In this document: in pieces, positions 31,413 through 41,781 of the stretch | Layout: each line of letters begins with the position of its first letter | Numbering within the stretch: the first letter of the stretch is position 1 | From: a candidate division WOR-3 bacterium | GTDB taxonomy: Bacteria; Hydrothermota; Hydrothermia; LBFQ01 | Assembly: GCA_027003075.1 (NCBI GenBank) | Contig: JALWYV010000010.1 | Location: 3,900-67,899 of the forward strand | Direction of reading: 5' to 3' | DNA length: 64,000 bases | Translations under genes and position numbers: made by a program | Notes under the pieces: model-generated | The model's input: only the letters and a program-made list of their open reading frames with translations | Databases searched by the model: none | Told to the model about the DNA's origin: nothing

Positions 31413-32067
31413 ACGTCTCCCCCGGCTTCAGTACTACCACCTTTGCGGTATCTCCTACCAGAGCAGCGAACTTTTCGGGGTCGGCCTTGATGAGCGGGAA
31501 GGTGTTATAGTGCATGGGTATAACAACTTTAGGCTTTACGAACTTCACGGCTCTGGCCGCCTGCTCCTCGTCCATTGTGAACCTTCCACCGATCGGAACG
31601 AGGAGGACGTCGGGGTGGTACATATCCCCTATGAGCTTCATGTCGGAGAAGAGACCGGTATCGCCAGTATGGTAGATCGTAAAACCGTCCATACGGACGA
31701 CCACGCCGGTGGGATCCCCCTCTTCGGCCGTGTGCCACGCCTGAGTAAAGGAGACCTGCACACCGGTTCCTCCCGCGTCCACGAAACCACCTATGTTCAT
31801 CGGCTCCACCCTCTCAAGACCGGACTTAACGACCAGTTCGTACTGGGAGGCAAAGACGGCCCCCGTCCGCTTTGCTATCTTAACCGCATCCTCAAAGCCG
31901 TGATCCCCGTGGCTGTGGGTCACTATGACCACGTCCGCCCTGTCTATATCTTCGGGTGATTTCAGGGAAGAAGAGGGGTTCCCGCTTATCCACGGGTCTA
32001 TCAGGACAACCCTACTCCCCTCTATTTTAAATGCCGCATGCCCGAGCCATGTGATCTTGACTGCCAT
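31402..32067 (-). CDS. UPF0173 metallo-beta-lactamase-fold hydrolase
   Basis: WLGHA, THSHGDH, YHTGDT, PIGGRFTM, IPMHYNTF. Confidence 0.92.
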   Translation of the reverse strand: MAVKITWLGHAAFKIEGSRVVLIDPWISGNPSSSLKSPEDIDRADVVIVTHSHGDHGFEDAVKIAKRTGAVFASQYELVVKSGLERVEPMNIGGFVDAGGTGVQVSFTQAWHTAEEGDPTGVVVRMDGFTIYHTGDTGLFSDMKLIGDMYHPDVLLVPIGGRFTMDEEQAARAVKFVKPKVVIPMHYNTFPLIKADPEKFAALVGDTAKVVVLKPGETFEL

Positions 32068-32151
32068 AGATGATATTTTAAACCGGAAGCCTTCCTGATG
32101 GGCTGCCGATCACGGCTAAGAAAGTTTGAACCCACTTTAGAATTGTAAGAG

Positions 32152-33798
32152 TTGAAGCGCCTCTTTCTTCCCCTTGTCCTGTCCATAGTGATGCCCATCT
32201 TTATAGGTGCCGCCTATCTGAGGAGGATAAACGATCCGTCCCTGAAGGGTAAAGACGTGAGCAACTACACCCGTCGCATCCCGCTCGGTATAGTCAGGGG
32301 TACCCTGCTTGACAGGAAGGGAAGACCCCTTACCATGCCAGAGGTAAGATGGAAGGTTATCCAGTTCAACCTCCGCAGGGAAATTGAGGAGGTCGATCTG
32401 AAAGGCCTCAGGATACTTCTAAGTAGGAAGTTTAAGGTGAAGCCTTACCGTTACCTCGGTTTTAGCGATATAAAGGGGCTATCTCAGGAAGACGTTTACG
32501 AGGTCATGAAGCACAGGACGTTCTTCAGGAGCATAGAAGTCGTCCCCACGGTCAACCACAGGCTGGTATGCCGGGAATGTTTCCACACCGTAGGACGGAC
32601 GACCTCTGACGGCGAGGGACTTTTCGGGCTTGAAAAGCTGTATAACAGACACCTTAAAGGGGAACTGGGGCACGTAATCTTAAAGGTAGATGCCCGGGGC
32701 AACCTGATAGACGAGCCAAAGGTTCTGATCTATCAAAACCCTACGAACGTACGGACATATTTAGATCTGGACCTTTACCGACTCGTTGACTCTCTCATGG
32801 CGCCGTACGGAAGGGGAGCAGCCTTCGCCTTCAACCCGAAGACGGGGGAAGTGTACCTTATATACTCCAGACCGGGGCCCTACGATACGGCCGCCTCACC
32901 GGAAGATTCCCCTCTTCTTAACCGTGCAATCGCCGGACTGTACCCACCCGGTTCAACCTTCAAACCCTTTGTCGCCCTGCTCGCTCTCAAGCATGGGGTT
33001 ATAGATACGACCTTTGGGGTAGGGTGTCGGGGATACGTTCGGCTGGGAAGGAGGAGGTTCAGGTGCTGGTCCGTTCACGGGTACACGCGACTCATGAAGG
33101 CCATAGCCCAGTCCTGTAACGTCTTCTTCTACAACGTTGGCGCCCGTTTCGGTCCTGACCGTTTCGTTAAGGCCGTCCACTCCACCGGTATATTCGGCAG
33201 GAAGCTTACCCCCCTTCCGGAGGAGGTTCCCTCCCGTTTTCCCCGAAAGGCCCGGTACTACGGTTCCGTACTCAACTACTCCATCGGTCAGGGGGAGATA
33301 CTGGTCACTCCTACATTTTTAGCCGTAGAGGCCGGACTGATCGGAAACCGTGGGTGGGTCGTCCTTCCACGCTTCTCACCTCTGGACAGGCCCGAAACCC
33401 TCCGGGTGGATGCCCCGGACTGGGCTTACGAGAAGGTCAGAGAGGGGATGCTCGCCGTGGTTGAGTGGGGGACGGCCATGGCCTCCCGCATACCCGGTTT
33501 CCGGTACGGGGGTAAGACGGGAACCGCCCAGAACCCCCACGGGGAGGATCACTCCCTGTTCATAGCCTTCGCCCCCTACGACGACCCGACGTTTGCCGTG
33601 GCGGTGGTCGTGGAGAACGCCGGACACGGTAGTTCGGCCGCCGCACCTATAGCCGCCATGCTAATAAGGGAACACTTCGGCCTGAAGGAACTTCCCCTGT
33701 ACTACGCGTGGAGGGTAAACGCGGGTGTATCGGAGCGCAGGGATACGGTGGATCGGTTGAAGCTCCTTGATGAAATAGAAGAGGAGACAGATATGTGA
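32152..33798 (+). CDS. mrdA: Penicillin-binding protein 2
   Basis: PGSTFK (SxxK), SCN, KTGTAQ, N-terminal membrane anchor. Confidence 0.88.
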   Translation: MKRLFLPLVLSIVMPIFIGAAYLRRINDPSLKGKDVSNYTRRIPLGIVRGTLLDRKGRPLTMPEVRWKVIQFNLRREIEEVDLKGLRILLSRKFKVKPYRYLGFSDIKGLSQEDVYEVMKHRTFFRSIEVVPTVNHRLVCRECFHTVGRTTSDGEGLFGLEKLYNRHLKGELGHVILKVDARGNLIDEPKVLIYQNPTNVRTYLDLDLYRLVDSLMAPYGRGAAFAFNPKTGEVYLIYSRPGPYDTAASPEDSPLLNRAIAGLYPPGSTFKPFVALLALKHGVIDTTFGVGCRGYVRLGRRRFRCWSVHGYTRLMKAIAQSCNVFFYNVGARFGPDRFVKAVHSTGIFGRKLTPLPEEVPSRFPRKARYYGSVLNYSIGQGEILVTPTFLAVEAGLIGNRGWVVLPRFSPLDRPETLRVDAPDWAYEKVREGMLAVVEWGTAMASRIPGFRYGGKTGTAQNPHGEDHSLFIAFAPYDDPTFAVAVVVENAGHGSSAAAPIAAMLIREHFGLKELPLYYAWRVNAGVSERRDTVDRLKLLDEIEEETDM

Positions 33799-33867
33799 AT
33801 GGGAAATATCCACCCGAGTACCTTTCTGCTATAGAATCCTTTACTAAATTACTGAAGTGGAGGGAGA

Positions 33868-35610
33868 ATGATACGGAAAATTAGGATAAGGAATTTTAGA
33901 AGTCTAAAAAATGTAGAAATATCACTAGAAGATAAACTTACTGTTTTGGTTGGTGAAAATGATACTGGTAAAACATCAATAATAGATGCATTAAAAATAG
34001 TTTTTGAAGGTAAAAATCCTGAAGTTGATGATTTTCATTGGGGGACAGATGAGATTAGTATAGAAGTTGAACTTAATGACAGGTATTTCGTTAAACAATT
34101 TTTAAAAAATGATGACAATAGTATAGAATCCAAAAGCATGATTAAGATAAAAAAGGAAGCTCTAGATAGGTTTCAGAATGAAGCGGATTCCATAGATCTG
34201 GATAATTTAAAAAATAACAACGAAAACGGGGAAATATATAAACGTCTTAGAGATTTAGCCAGCACTTTGTGTATCAAAATTAGGAGTAATAGCAAAATTG
34301 ACACTATTAAGGATAAAATTATAAACAAAATTAAAGAGTATAAAAATGTCGGATTTATTGAATGTAATATACCTACATATAATATCTATTTTCTGGATGG
34401 AAAACATTTCGAGAGTATATCTAAATTTTTTCAAGAAATTTTCTTTAAAGAAAAAAGTAAGAATATATGGAATGAAGAAGTTGAAGAGGGTAGGTCTATT
34501 AAAGATATAATTAAGGAAAAACTTGATATATATGCTGAAAATTTAAAATCGGAAATAGAAAATAAAGGTATAAAAGATAAGATAAAAGCTTTTCTTCCAG
34601 AGTTGCAGGAAATATCTATTAACCCCGTTTTTGAGCCGAGTAGTATAAAAATAGGTATTGAGGTTCAGCTTTTAGAAACTGGGGGCAAGAAGATCCGTGT
34701 TGACAAAAAGGGTGATGGAACGAAAAGAAGAATTACTATGGCCTTATTAGAATATAAAAGGTCTCAAGATAAAGAACCGTCACTCTATGTATTTGATGAG
34801 CCTGATACACATTTGCACGTAAAGGCACAGGTTGATCTATTAAATATAATAAGAAAATTCAATGAAAATGGAAAACAAGTAATTATAGTTACCCACTCGC
34901 CATTTATAATGAATGCTGTAAGGCCACAAGAAATAAGATTACTTTTATTACAGAATGGGGAAACCATCGTAAAATCTCTATCACTAGAAAAAGATATTGA
35001 GTGGGCTTTAAAGAGATTGGGAATTGAAAATGTAATATTATTTTTCTCACGAAAAATCTTGATTGTTGAGGGGAAAACTGAAGAGGTATTTATTCCTCTA
35101 ATGTATGAAAAATTGTTTAACACAAGCCTTTACAGCGATTTGGTTAAAGTAGTTAAAAGAGAAGGTATAACGGACGTTCCAAGATTTGCAAAAGTATTAT
35201 CTGAGTTTATCAAACCTAAAGATATATTTATATTGATAGATAATGATGCGGATGAGAGAACAAGGGATATAATAAATACTCTTCAAATACCGGAAGAAAA
35301 TATATTTAAGATAGGCAATAAAGAATTTGAGGACGCCTTTGAACCCGAAGTTATTTATGAAGCTTGGAAAATATTTACTGAAACTAGAGGAAAGAAAATC
35401 GGACCTAGTTGGACTATTAAAAATATAAGAGAATTAAGGGATAAATGTGTAAAAGATGGTTTAAAATTCAGTGAAAAATTAAAGGAGTTAAATAAAAAAG
35501 GTTCAATGAGAATGGATAAGCCGACGTTTGCTCAAGCTTTGGCCGAATATTGCAATAAGGAACATTTACCCGAGCAGTTTATTGATTTGTTGAATAAACT
35601 AAGATATTAA
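33868..35610 (+). CDS. OLD-family ATP-dependent endonuclease (ABC ATPase + Toprim)
   Basis: GENDTGKT, KGDGTKR, FDEPDTHLH, THSP; Toprim IVEGKTE, IDND, EFED; strongly AT-rich. Confidence 0.88.
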   Translation: MIRKIRIRNFRSLKNVEISLEDKLTVLVGENDTGKTSIIDALKIVFEGKNPEVDDFHWGTDEISIEVELNDRYFVKQFLKNDDNSIESKSMIKIKKEALDRFQNEADSIDLDNLKNNNENGEIYKRLRDLASTLCIKIRSNSKIDTIKDKIINKIKEYKNVGFIECNIPTYNIYFLDGKHFESISKFFQEIFFKEKSKNIWNEEVEEGRSIKDIIKEKLDIYAENLKSEIENKGIKDKIKAFLPELQEISINPVFEPSSIKIGIEVQLLETGGKKIRVDKKGDGTKRRITMALLEYKRSQDKEPSLYVFDEPDTHLHVKAQVDLLNIIRKFNENGKQVIIVTHSPFIMNAVRPQEIRLLLLQNGETIVKSLSLEKDIEWALKRLGIENVILFFSRKILIVEGKTEEVFIPLMYEKLFNTSLYSDLVKVVKREGITDVPRFAKVLSEFIKPKDIFILIDNDADERTRDIINTLQIPEENIFKIGNKEFEDAFEPEVIYEAWKIFTETRGKKIGPSWTIKNIRELRDKCVKDGLKFSEKLKELNKKGSMRMDKPTFAQALAEYCNKEHLPEQFIDLLNKLRY

Positions 35611-35819
35611 ATAGAATGAAAATACCTTTATTAATGGTTCATATGAATGTTCTAGCTGTTATTATAAACCCCCAATTTAAGATTTGCTGGTGTAAGCAAT
35701 CTTCACGTTTATATACTACTCTTCCGATTCTCCGATTTGACAGAGCTATTTTTGTAGTGGGATCTTCGTTCCTTTGTAAGATATCTTGCTGTTTAACGGA
35801 AAACTCCGCTTCAACCTGA

Positions 35820-36210
35820 GTCCCAGATACAGGAGATACTCCCACGCCAATATCACCTCAAGCGAGTACGGGGGTTCGGCTTCTCTAACCGTCTTTGCCT
35901 TCGTTGGCATACTTCGGGCCCAGATAGACTACACGGCTCCCCGGAGGGCTGTATAGGGGCTGTACGTATACACCCGACTGACCTTTATAACGCAGGTAAG
36001 GGGCTTCTCCCTCGTCCTATTGGCCACGGACCCCTTCAATCTCTGGAAGTACGAGATAACGGTTGAAAGGAAAAATTACCGCGTCTACAAGTACAACCGC
36101 ATGAAATGGCCCAACGTCAACCTTAACTCTTCAGTACAACCTCAGCAGGGACTTCAGGCTGCCGCGGAAGAGGAAGGTAGGGATAGAGAACACAGGGGAA
36201 AGGGTGCTGA
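35820..36210 (+). pseudogene. 3' remnant of an outer-membrane beta-barrel gene
   Basis: Joined frames: YRRYSHANITSSEYGVR / ASLTVFAFVGILRAQIDYTAPRRAV*GLYV..FSLVLLATDPFNL..RMKWP / TLTLQYNL; two frameshifts and one stop. Confidence 0.5.
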
Positions 36211-36270
36211 AGTAGAATGCGAAAGTCCACCTCACAAATGAACGCCTTACATCGGTAGAATACTTTCGCT

Positions 36271-37197
36271 ATGATTGTACTGTTCGTCGTTTCTTCCCCC
36301 GACGCAGGCGAGATGGAGATGGGCGGAAAGACCTACCTCAGGTACAGCGTGGAGGCGGCCTCTCCCTACAATAACTACGTCGCTCTGGACCGTATGTACT
36401 TCATAGCAAAGTTCAAAAAGGGTAACCTCCTCGTACGTTTCACGACAGACGTTGCTCCCCTTACGAAACTCGTGGGCGAGACCTCCGAAAAGAGCGCCTA
36501 CTCCGTTTACGTGAAGCACGCCTACGTACAGTGGAAGGCCATGGACAACGCCGCCCGAACCCTTAAAGTACAGTTTGGTGTGGCTCCCACTATCTGGCCG
36601 GGGATGGAGGAGAAGCTGTGGGGGCACCGGTTCGTTGAGAAGACCACCTACGACTACTACAAACTTGAACCCACGGCCGATATGGGTCTGGTGTTCAGGT
36701 ACACGTGCAAGTTGCTGCCGTGGGAGTTGCACACCGGCGTATACAACGGAAACGGTTTCAAGAACCTTGAGAACGACCCCCACAAGGACGTCATGGGACG
36801 CCTCTCCGTATATCCTGCGGAACCCTTTGGTATGGGGAAACTCGTCGGCATCCATATCTTTGGCCATACCACCACACAGGGAATCGGCTTTAAGGACAGG
36901 TACATCGGTGGGATCTCCCTCAACCATTCCCTCCTGACCCTTATGCTATCCCACGCTTACTATACCTCTTCATATAAGTCCTACGTAAAGGGAGGGTCAG
37001 CGTTTGCCATCCTCCACCTCCTTGAGGGACGCCTTAACGTCTTCGGGAGGTACGACCTGATGGACGATTACACCGACCCCTTCATCGTGGGTGGTCTATC
37101 CTACAGGGTAAGCGGTAACCTCCGGTTCGCCCTTTCCTACAAACAGAGGGGCGGGGACAATGCCGTAGTTAGCTTCCATACGGAGGCCAGATTTTAG
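36271..37197 (+). CDS. Putative (phosphate-selective) porin
   Basis: Amphipathic strands, [24 protein letters not shown]-terminal Phe; directly upstream of pstS. Confidence 0.65.
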   Translation: MIVLFVVSSPDAGEMEMGGKTYLRYSVEAASPYNNYVALDRMYFIAKFKKGNLLVRFTTDVAPLTKLVGETSEKSAYSVYVKHAYVQWKAMDNAARTLKVQFGVAPTIWPGMEEKLWGHRFVEKTTYDYYKLEPTADMGLVFRYTCKLLPWELHTGVYNGNGFKNLENDPHKDVMGRLSVYPAEPFGMGKLVGIHIFGHTTTQGIGFKDRYIGGISLNHSLLTLMLSHAYYTSSYKSYVKGGSAFAILHLLEGRLNVFGRYDLMDDYTDPFIVGGLSYRVSGNLRFALSYKQRGGDNAVVSFHTEARF

Positions 37198-37211
37198 GTA
37201 AACCGGAAATC

Positions 37212-38201
37212 ATGTGGAAAAGGTTCGTAATTTTTGCGGGTATAGCCCTGTTTGCTGTGGGGTGTGGTGGAGGCAGGAGAACGAAGATAGTTTCCGTGGA
37301 CGGTTCGTCTACGGTGTACCCGATAACCGAGGCCGTGGCCGAGGAGTTCCAGAAGGACAACCCAGACATTAAGGTGACCGTTGGCATATCGGGTACGGGG
37401 GGCGGGTTCAAAAAGTTCTGCCGCGGAGAGACGGACGTGAACAACGCCTCTCGTCCTATAAAGGCCTCGGAGATTGAGATGTGCAAAAAGAACGGTATAG
37501 AGTTCTACGAGCTCCCAATCGCCTATGACGCCATAACCGTTGTGGTGAATCCGGATAACACCTGGGTGGACTATCTGACGCTTGAAGAACTCCGGAAGAT
37601 ATGGGCGCCGGAGTCTCAGGGAAAGATAACGAAGTGGAGTCAGATAAGGGAGGGATGGCCAGATAAGGAACTCCACCTCTACGGCCCCGGTGTGGACTCC
37701 GGCACGTTTGACTACTTTACCTCCGTAGTAATCGGAAAGGAAGGGGCGAGCAGGGGGGACTACACTTCGTCGGAGGATGACAACGTCCTGGTTCAGGGGG
37801 TGGCATCCGATAAGTACGCCCTTGGATACTTCGGCCTGGCCTATTACCTTGAGAACAAAGATAAGCTGAAGGCCGTACCCATAGACGCCGGTAACGGCCC
37901 GGTAATGCCCACGGTTGAAAACGTCGTATCCGGGAAATACGTCCCCCTTTCCCGTCCCCTCTTCATCTACGTAAGTAAAAAATCCTACGAGACCAAACCC
38001 CACGTCAAGAGGTTCGTGGACTACTACCTCACCCACGTTAAGGACCTGGTCAGGGATGTGGGATACGTAGAGCTTCCCGATGAAGCGTACGAACTCGCCA
38101 AAAAGCGCCTTAAAGAGAGGAGAACCGGTAGCGTCTTCTCCGGGAAAACGAAGGCAGGAATGAAGATAACGGACCTGCTCAAACTGGAAGGCGAGAGGTA
38201 G
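37212..38201 (+). CDS. pstS: Phosphate ABC transporter substrate-binding lipoprotein
   Basis: [40 protein letters not shown]. Confidence 0.95.
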   Translation: MWKRFVIFAGIALFAVGCGGGRRTKIVSVDGSSTVYPITEAVAEEFQKDNPDIKVTVGISGTGGGFKKFCRGETDVNNASRPIKASEIEMCKKNGIEFYELPIAYDAITVVVNPDNTWVDYLTLEELRKIWAPESQGKITKWSQIREGWPDKELHLYGPGVDSGTFDYFTSVVIGKEGASRGDYTSSEDDNVLVQGVASDKYALGYFGLAYYLENKDKLKAVPIDAGNGPVMPTVENVVSGKYVPLSRPLFIYVSKKSYETKPHVKRFVDYYLTHVKDLVRDVGYVELPDEAYELAKKRLKERRTGSVFSGKTKAGMKITDLLKLEGER

Positions 38202-38229
38202 GTACCCCATACGGGGTTAAAATGCCGCG

Positions 38230-38946
38230 ATGAAACGTTTCCTCGCCCTCATGGAGAAGGATATTCGTCTGTCCCTACCGTGGTTTTTAACCAATCTGTT
38301 CGTACTCCTCCTCTTCGTTGGGTTATCAATCTTCTACGTCGGACGTAAGAACGATCTGGGAGTAATATTCCTGTTTCTGGCAATCGCCGGCGTCTTCCTC
38401 TGGTCCATCTTCGCCGGTATAGCCACGTACTTCAACGAAAGGGATGGAAGGGTTTACGAGTTCGTTAACACCCTGCCTGTAAACCGGACCCTGATACTCC
38501 TCTCCAAAGAGGTATGGCTGGTCGTTCAGGCCACCCTGTACATGGGTATAGTTACGTTCGGCTCCTTTGCACTCCTGAAGGTGTCCGGAAGTCTGGACGT
38601 TCCGAACGTAAAAGAGATGCTCACCTTCTCCGATACCTTCAAATTCGTACTGTCCGGGTACTTTCGCGTTCTTATTACTCTGACGGCGGGATTGCTCTCC
38701 GCCGCGCTTATAAAGGATATGCCCTTCCGGTGGTTCCTCGCCATCCTGCTTCTCATCGTACTCGTATGGTCGGTGGGATGGATAGACCTATCGCCCCTGC
38801 TCGGAGTGAAGGGGGTGACCGTTAGAACTCCTGAGGACGTGTCCAGAGCCCTTAACGCACAGGTTATTAACGAGACTCTCAGGTTTCTGGTATCCCTGAT
38901 ACTTCTGCTCGCCGGGGGTTTATGGATAGAGAGGCGGGGTTACTGA
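38230..38946 (+). CDS. ABC-2 type transporter permease
   Basis: Six TM segments; ERDGRVYEFVNTLPVNR..LLSK motif. Confidence 0.75.
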   Translation: MKRFLALMEKDIRLSLPWFLTNLFVLLLFVGLSIFYVGRKNDLGVIFLFLAIAGVFLWSIFAGIATYFNERDGRVYEFVNTLPVNRTLILLSKEVWLVVQATLYMGIVTFGSFALLKVSGSLDVPNVKEMLTFSDTFKFVLSGYFRVLITLTAGLLSAALIKDMPFRWFLAILLLIVLVWSVGWIDLSPLLGVKGVTVRTPEDVSRALNAQVINETLRFLVSLILLLAGGLWIERRGY

Positions 38947-38978
38947 CCCGCCTTTCGGGCGTACAATAGGCGGTTGAT

Positions 38979-39632
38979 ATGAGGATATTCGTGGATTCCG
39001 CCGATGTTGAGGAAATAAAGAAACTTCACGAAATGGGTTTTATCTCTGGTGCCACGACGAATCCGAGTCTTGTGGCCCGGACGGGGCGTGAACCCCGGGA
39101 GATATACAGGGAGCTGGCGGAGATGCTTGAACACGTCTCCGCCGAGGTGGTTGCGGAGGACGCTGAGGGGATGTACAGGGAAGGTAAAGAGCTCGCGTCC
39201 ATACACCCTAACATCGTGGTTAAGGTGCCGTTCACTCCCGAAGGTCTGAAGGCCGTGGGGAAGTTAAAAGCGGACGGCATAAGGGTTAACGTCACCCTCA
39301 TATTCTCCGCAGCACAGGCCCTTATAGCAGCGAGGGCTGGCGCCGACTTCGTCTCCCCCTTCATCGGCCGTATAGACGACATCGGTTATTCCGGGGTTGA
39401 GATAGTGAGGGAAACGGCGAAGATCTTCATGCTCTACGACCTGCCCACGGAGATCATAGCAGCCAGTATAAGGCATCCGGCCCACTTCATAGAGGCGGCG
39501 AGGGCTGGGGCGCACATAGGGACGGTTCCCCCGGCCGTGATATGGAAGCTCCTCAAACATCCCCTTACGGATATAGGCCTTGAGAAGTTCCTCTCCGACT
39601 GGCGTAAGGCTCAGGAGAACCGGGCCGGGTAA
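38979..39632 (+). CDS. tal: Transaldolase (short MipB/FSA family)
   Basis: IFVDSAD, TTNPSL, VVKVP, NVTLIFS, SPFIGRIDD, AASIR, HPLTD. Confidence 0.92.
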   Translation: MRIFVDSADVEEIKKLHEMGFISGATTNPSLVARTGREPREIYRELAEMLEHVSAEVVAEDAEGMYREGKELASIHPNIVVKVPFTPEGLKAVGKLKADGIRVNVTLIFSAAQALIAARAGADFVSPFIGRIDDIGYSGVEIVRETAKIFMLYDLPTEIIAASIRHPAHFIEAARAGAHIGTVPPAVIWKLLKHPLTDIGLEKFLSDWRKAQENRAG

Positions 39633-40420
39633 TGGAAAAGGTAAAGGCCGCCTTCTTTCTTATTCTGGCCCTTACGATAGGGGCGGTCGGCCTGTTGTGG
39701 CTTAAGAACTTCTCCCTGAAGAAGAGGTACCACTACGGGGCCTCTTTTAAGACGGCCGGTTTCCTCGGGAACGGTGACCCCGTCAGCCTTCAGGGGGTGA
39801 ACGTCGGGAGGATAGAGCGGATAGAGATATACACCGACAGCGTAATTATCCGATTCTACACGGAGGGGATAAGGTTGAGAGAGGGGGCGTACGCCCGCAT
39901 AGAGAACGAGGGTGTGGTGGGGAACCGGAAACTGGCGATATATCAGGGGAAGGGGAGGTTCCTCCCGGAGGGGGCCGTCATAAAAGGAGAGGAGACGCCC
40001 ACGTTCACGGATTTCGTCTTCCTGATAGACCGCATCCTGCAGAGCATAGAGAGGATATCCGCCCGTACGGATACCACCCTGTACAACGCCAACGTTCTGC
40101 TTTTGAGAACGAATAAGGAACTGGTCGTTCTGAGCCGTGAACTGAGGGAGCTGATCTCATCCACCAGAGATCTTACGGATAATGCCAACGCCAAACTGGA
40201 CGCCGTATCTTACCAGATCCTCCAGCTGGCCAACCGCTTAGACGAAACGGCAACGGTAGTTGACTCCTTCGTGCGCGCCGACGGTACCGTTCAAAGGCTC
40301 ATGACGGAGGATTCCCTTTACAACGAGTTGAACCTGACCGTTAAGGAACTCCGGAGTCTGATAGAGGATATCAGAAAGAACCCCGGAAAGTACATAAACG
40401 TAAACGTTAAACTCTTCTGA
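39632..40420 (+). CDS. MlaD/MCE family protein
   Basis: GDPVSLQGVNVGRI MCE motif, helical tail, LIEDIRKNPGKY. Confidence 0.88.
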   Translation: MEKVKAAFFLILALTIGAVGLLWLKNFSLKKRYHYGASFKTAGFLGNGDPVSLQGVNVGRIERIEIYTDSVIIRFYTEGIRLREGAYARIENEGVVGNRKLAIYQGKGRFLPEGAVIKGEETPTFTDFVFLIDRILQSIERISARTDTTLYNANVLLLRTNKELVVLSRELRELISSTRDLTDNANAKLDAVSYQILQLANRLDETATVVDSFVRADGTVQRLMTEDSLYNELNLTVKELRSLIEDIRKNPGKYINVNVKLF

Positions 40421-40421
40421 T

Positions 40422-41204
40422 ATGCCCGTACACGTCGCCTCGGTAGTTCTTGGGGGGTTGCTCCTCGGCCTCATCTCCTTCTTTGTGGTCTCCAGAAACA
40501 TGGCCTTTGCCACCACCGGTGTTGCGCATGCGATGTTCGGAGGTATAGCCTTCGCGGTCGTGTTGGGGTTTGACCCCACGGTCGGAGGTATGCTCTTCGG
40601 TCTACTTATGGGTCTCGGTATCTACCTATTCGGGGAAAAATTGCCCCGCGATGCCGTGATAGGAATACTGTTCTCCTTCCTTATGAGCGTGGGAGCCATA
40701 GCCCTGCGCTTCTATCGTGGGTACGCCAACCTCCTGTGGTCCTACATGTTCGGCAACATAACTACGGCGACGTGGTTTAACGTCCTCTCAATTGCCGCAA
40801 TACTTATCGTGGGGCTGGCGTTCATGTTCTGGAAGTATGAAGGTCTCAAGCTCTACCTCTTCAGCGAGGAGATAGCCATGGCCGAGAAGGTACCCGTTAA
40901 CGTTTACCACGGTGTCCTGCTTCTATTTGAAACCCTCACGATTATACTCGTCCTCAGGGTCTTCGGATCCATACTGGCCTCATCCCTCGTCGTCGTCCCG
41001 GCGATGGTGTCCTTCGTCCTCTTCAGGGGTTTCCTGCGGTCCTTTCTCATGAGCGGCCTCATAGCAGTCATGCTCTCCGTCCTGGGGTACGCCCTTGCCT
41101 TTTACCTTGACCTCCCTTACGGTGCGACCACCACGTCTCTGGCCTTCGTCCTTTTCGTCCTGGTCTGGGCATTCAGGAGGGGAGGGGTATGGTTGAGGGT
41201 TTAG
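40422..41204 (+). CDS. Metal (Zn/Mn) ABC transporter permease
   Basis: AHAMFGGIA, YMFGNI, ABC-3 topology. Confidence 0.88.
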   Translation: MPVHVASVVLGGLLLGLISFFVVSRNMAFATTGVAHAMFGGIAFAVVLGFDPTVGGMLFGLLMGLGIYLFGEKLPRDAVIGILFSFLMSVGAIALRFYRGYANLLWSYMFGNITTATWFNVLSIAAILIVGLAFMFWKYEGLKLYLFSEEIAMAEKVPVNVYHGVLLLFETLTIILVLRVFGSILASSLVVVPAMVSFVLFRGFLRSFLMSGLIAVMLSVLGYALAFYLDLPYGATTTSLAFVLFVLVWAFRRGGVWLRV

Positions 41205-41773
41205 TATTAGGGTCGTCCCTCCTCCTCACACCGGTAAGCATATACGCATTAGACGAACCCGTAAGGGAGTACGCCCTTTCACACAGAAGTCCTTTCGCCG
41301 ACAGGGTCTTTGGCACGGTAAACGTCTTAGGGGACGGCAAATTGCACTTCGCAGCATGGACGGGAATAACCCTCACAGGCTATATTTTGAAAAACGAAGG
41401 GCTTTACGACTTCGGTAAGTGGGGAGGAGTATCCTTCGTAATAACCGGTATCACCACCCTCGCCCTTAAGTCCGCAATAGGGCGGGCGAGGCCCCACCTG
41501 AACGAAGGAGCCACCAGCTTCTCCCTGTTTACGCTTGACGACGACCACCACTCCCTTCCCTCCGGCCACACGTCCGTAGCCTTCTCCTCCGCCGGGTACG
41601 TCTTTGCCCGTACGGATAACCCGTGGATAAGATGGGGAGGTGTGGCCGTGGCCTCCACGGTGGGAATGGCCCGGATATACCGGGACAGACACTGGCTCTC
41701 CGACGTGATCATGGGGGCGGGTATCGGCTTCTCCATAGGTTACTTCGTCGGCAGGTGGGCGGAGCGACCGTAA
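41189..41773 (+). CDS. PAP2-family phosphatase
   Basis: KSAIGRARP, PSGH, ARIYRDRHWLSDV. Confidence 0.92.
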   Translation: MVEGLVLGSSLLLTPVSIYALDEPVREYALSHRSPFADRVFGTVNVLGDGKLHFAAWTGITLTGYILKNEGLYDFGKWGGVSFVITGITTLALKSAIGRARPHLNEGATSFSLFTLDDDHHSLPSGHTSVAFSSAGYVFARTDNPWIRWGGVAVASTVGMARIYRDRHWLSDVIMGAGIGFSIGYFVGRWAERP

Positions 41774-41781
41774 AATAATCC

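Noticed and set aside
33868..35845. Gabija or retron system
   Set aside because: No GajB/UvrD helicase, reverse transcriptase or msr-msd beside the OLD gene
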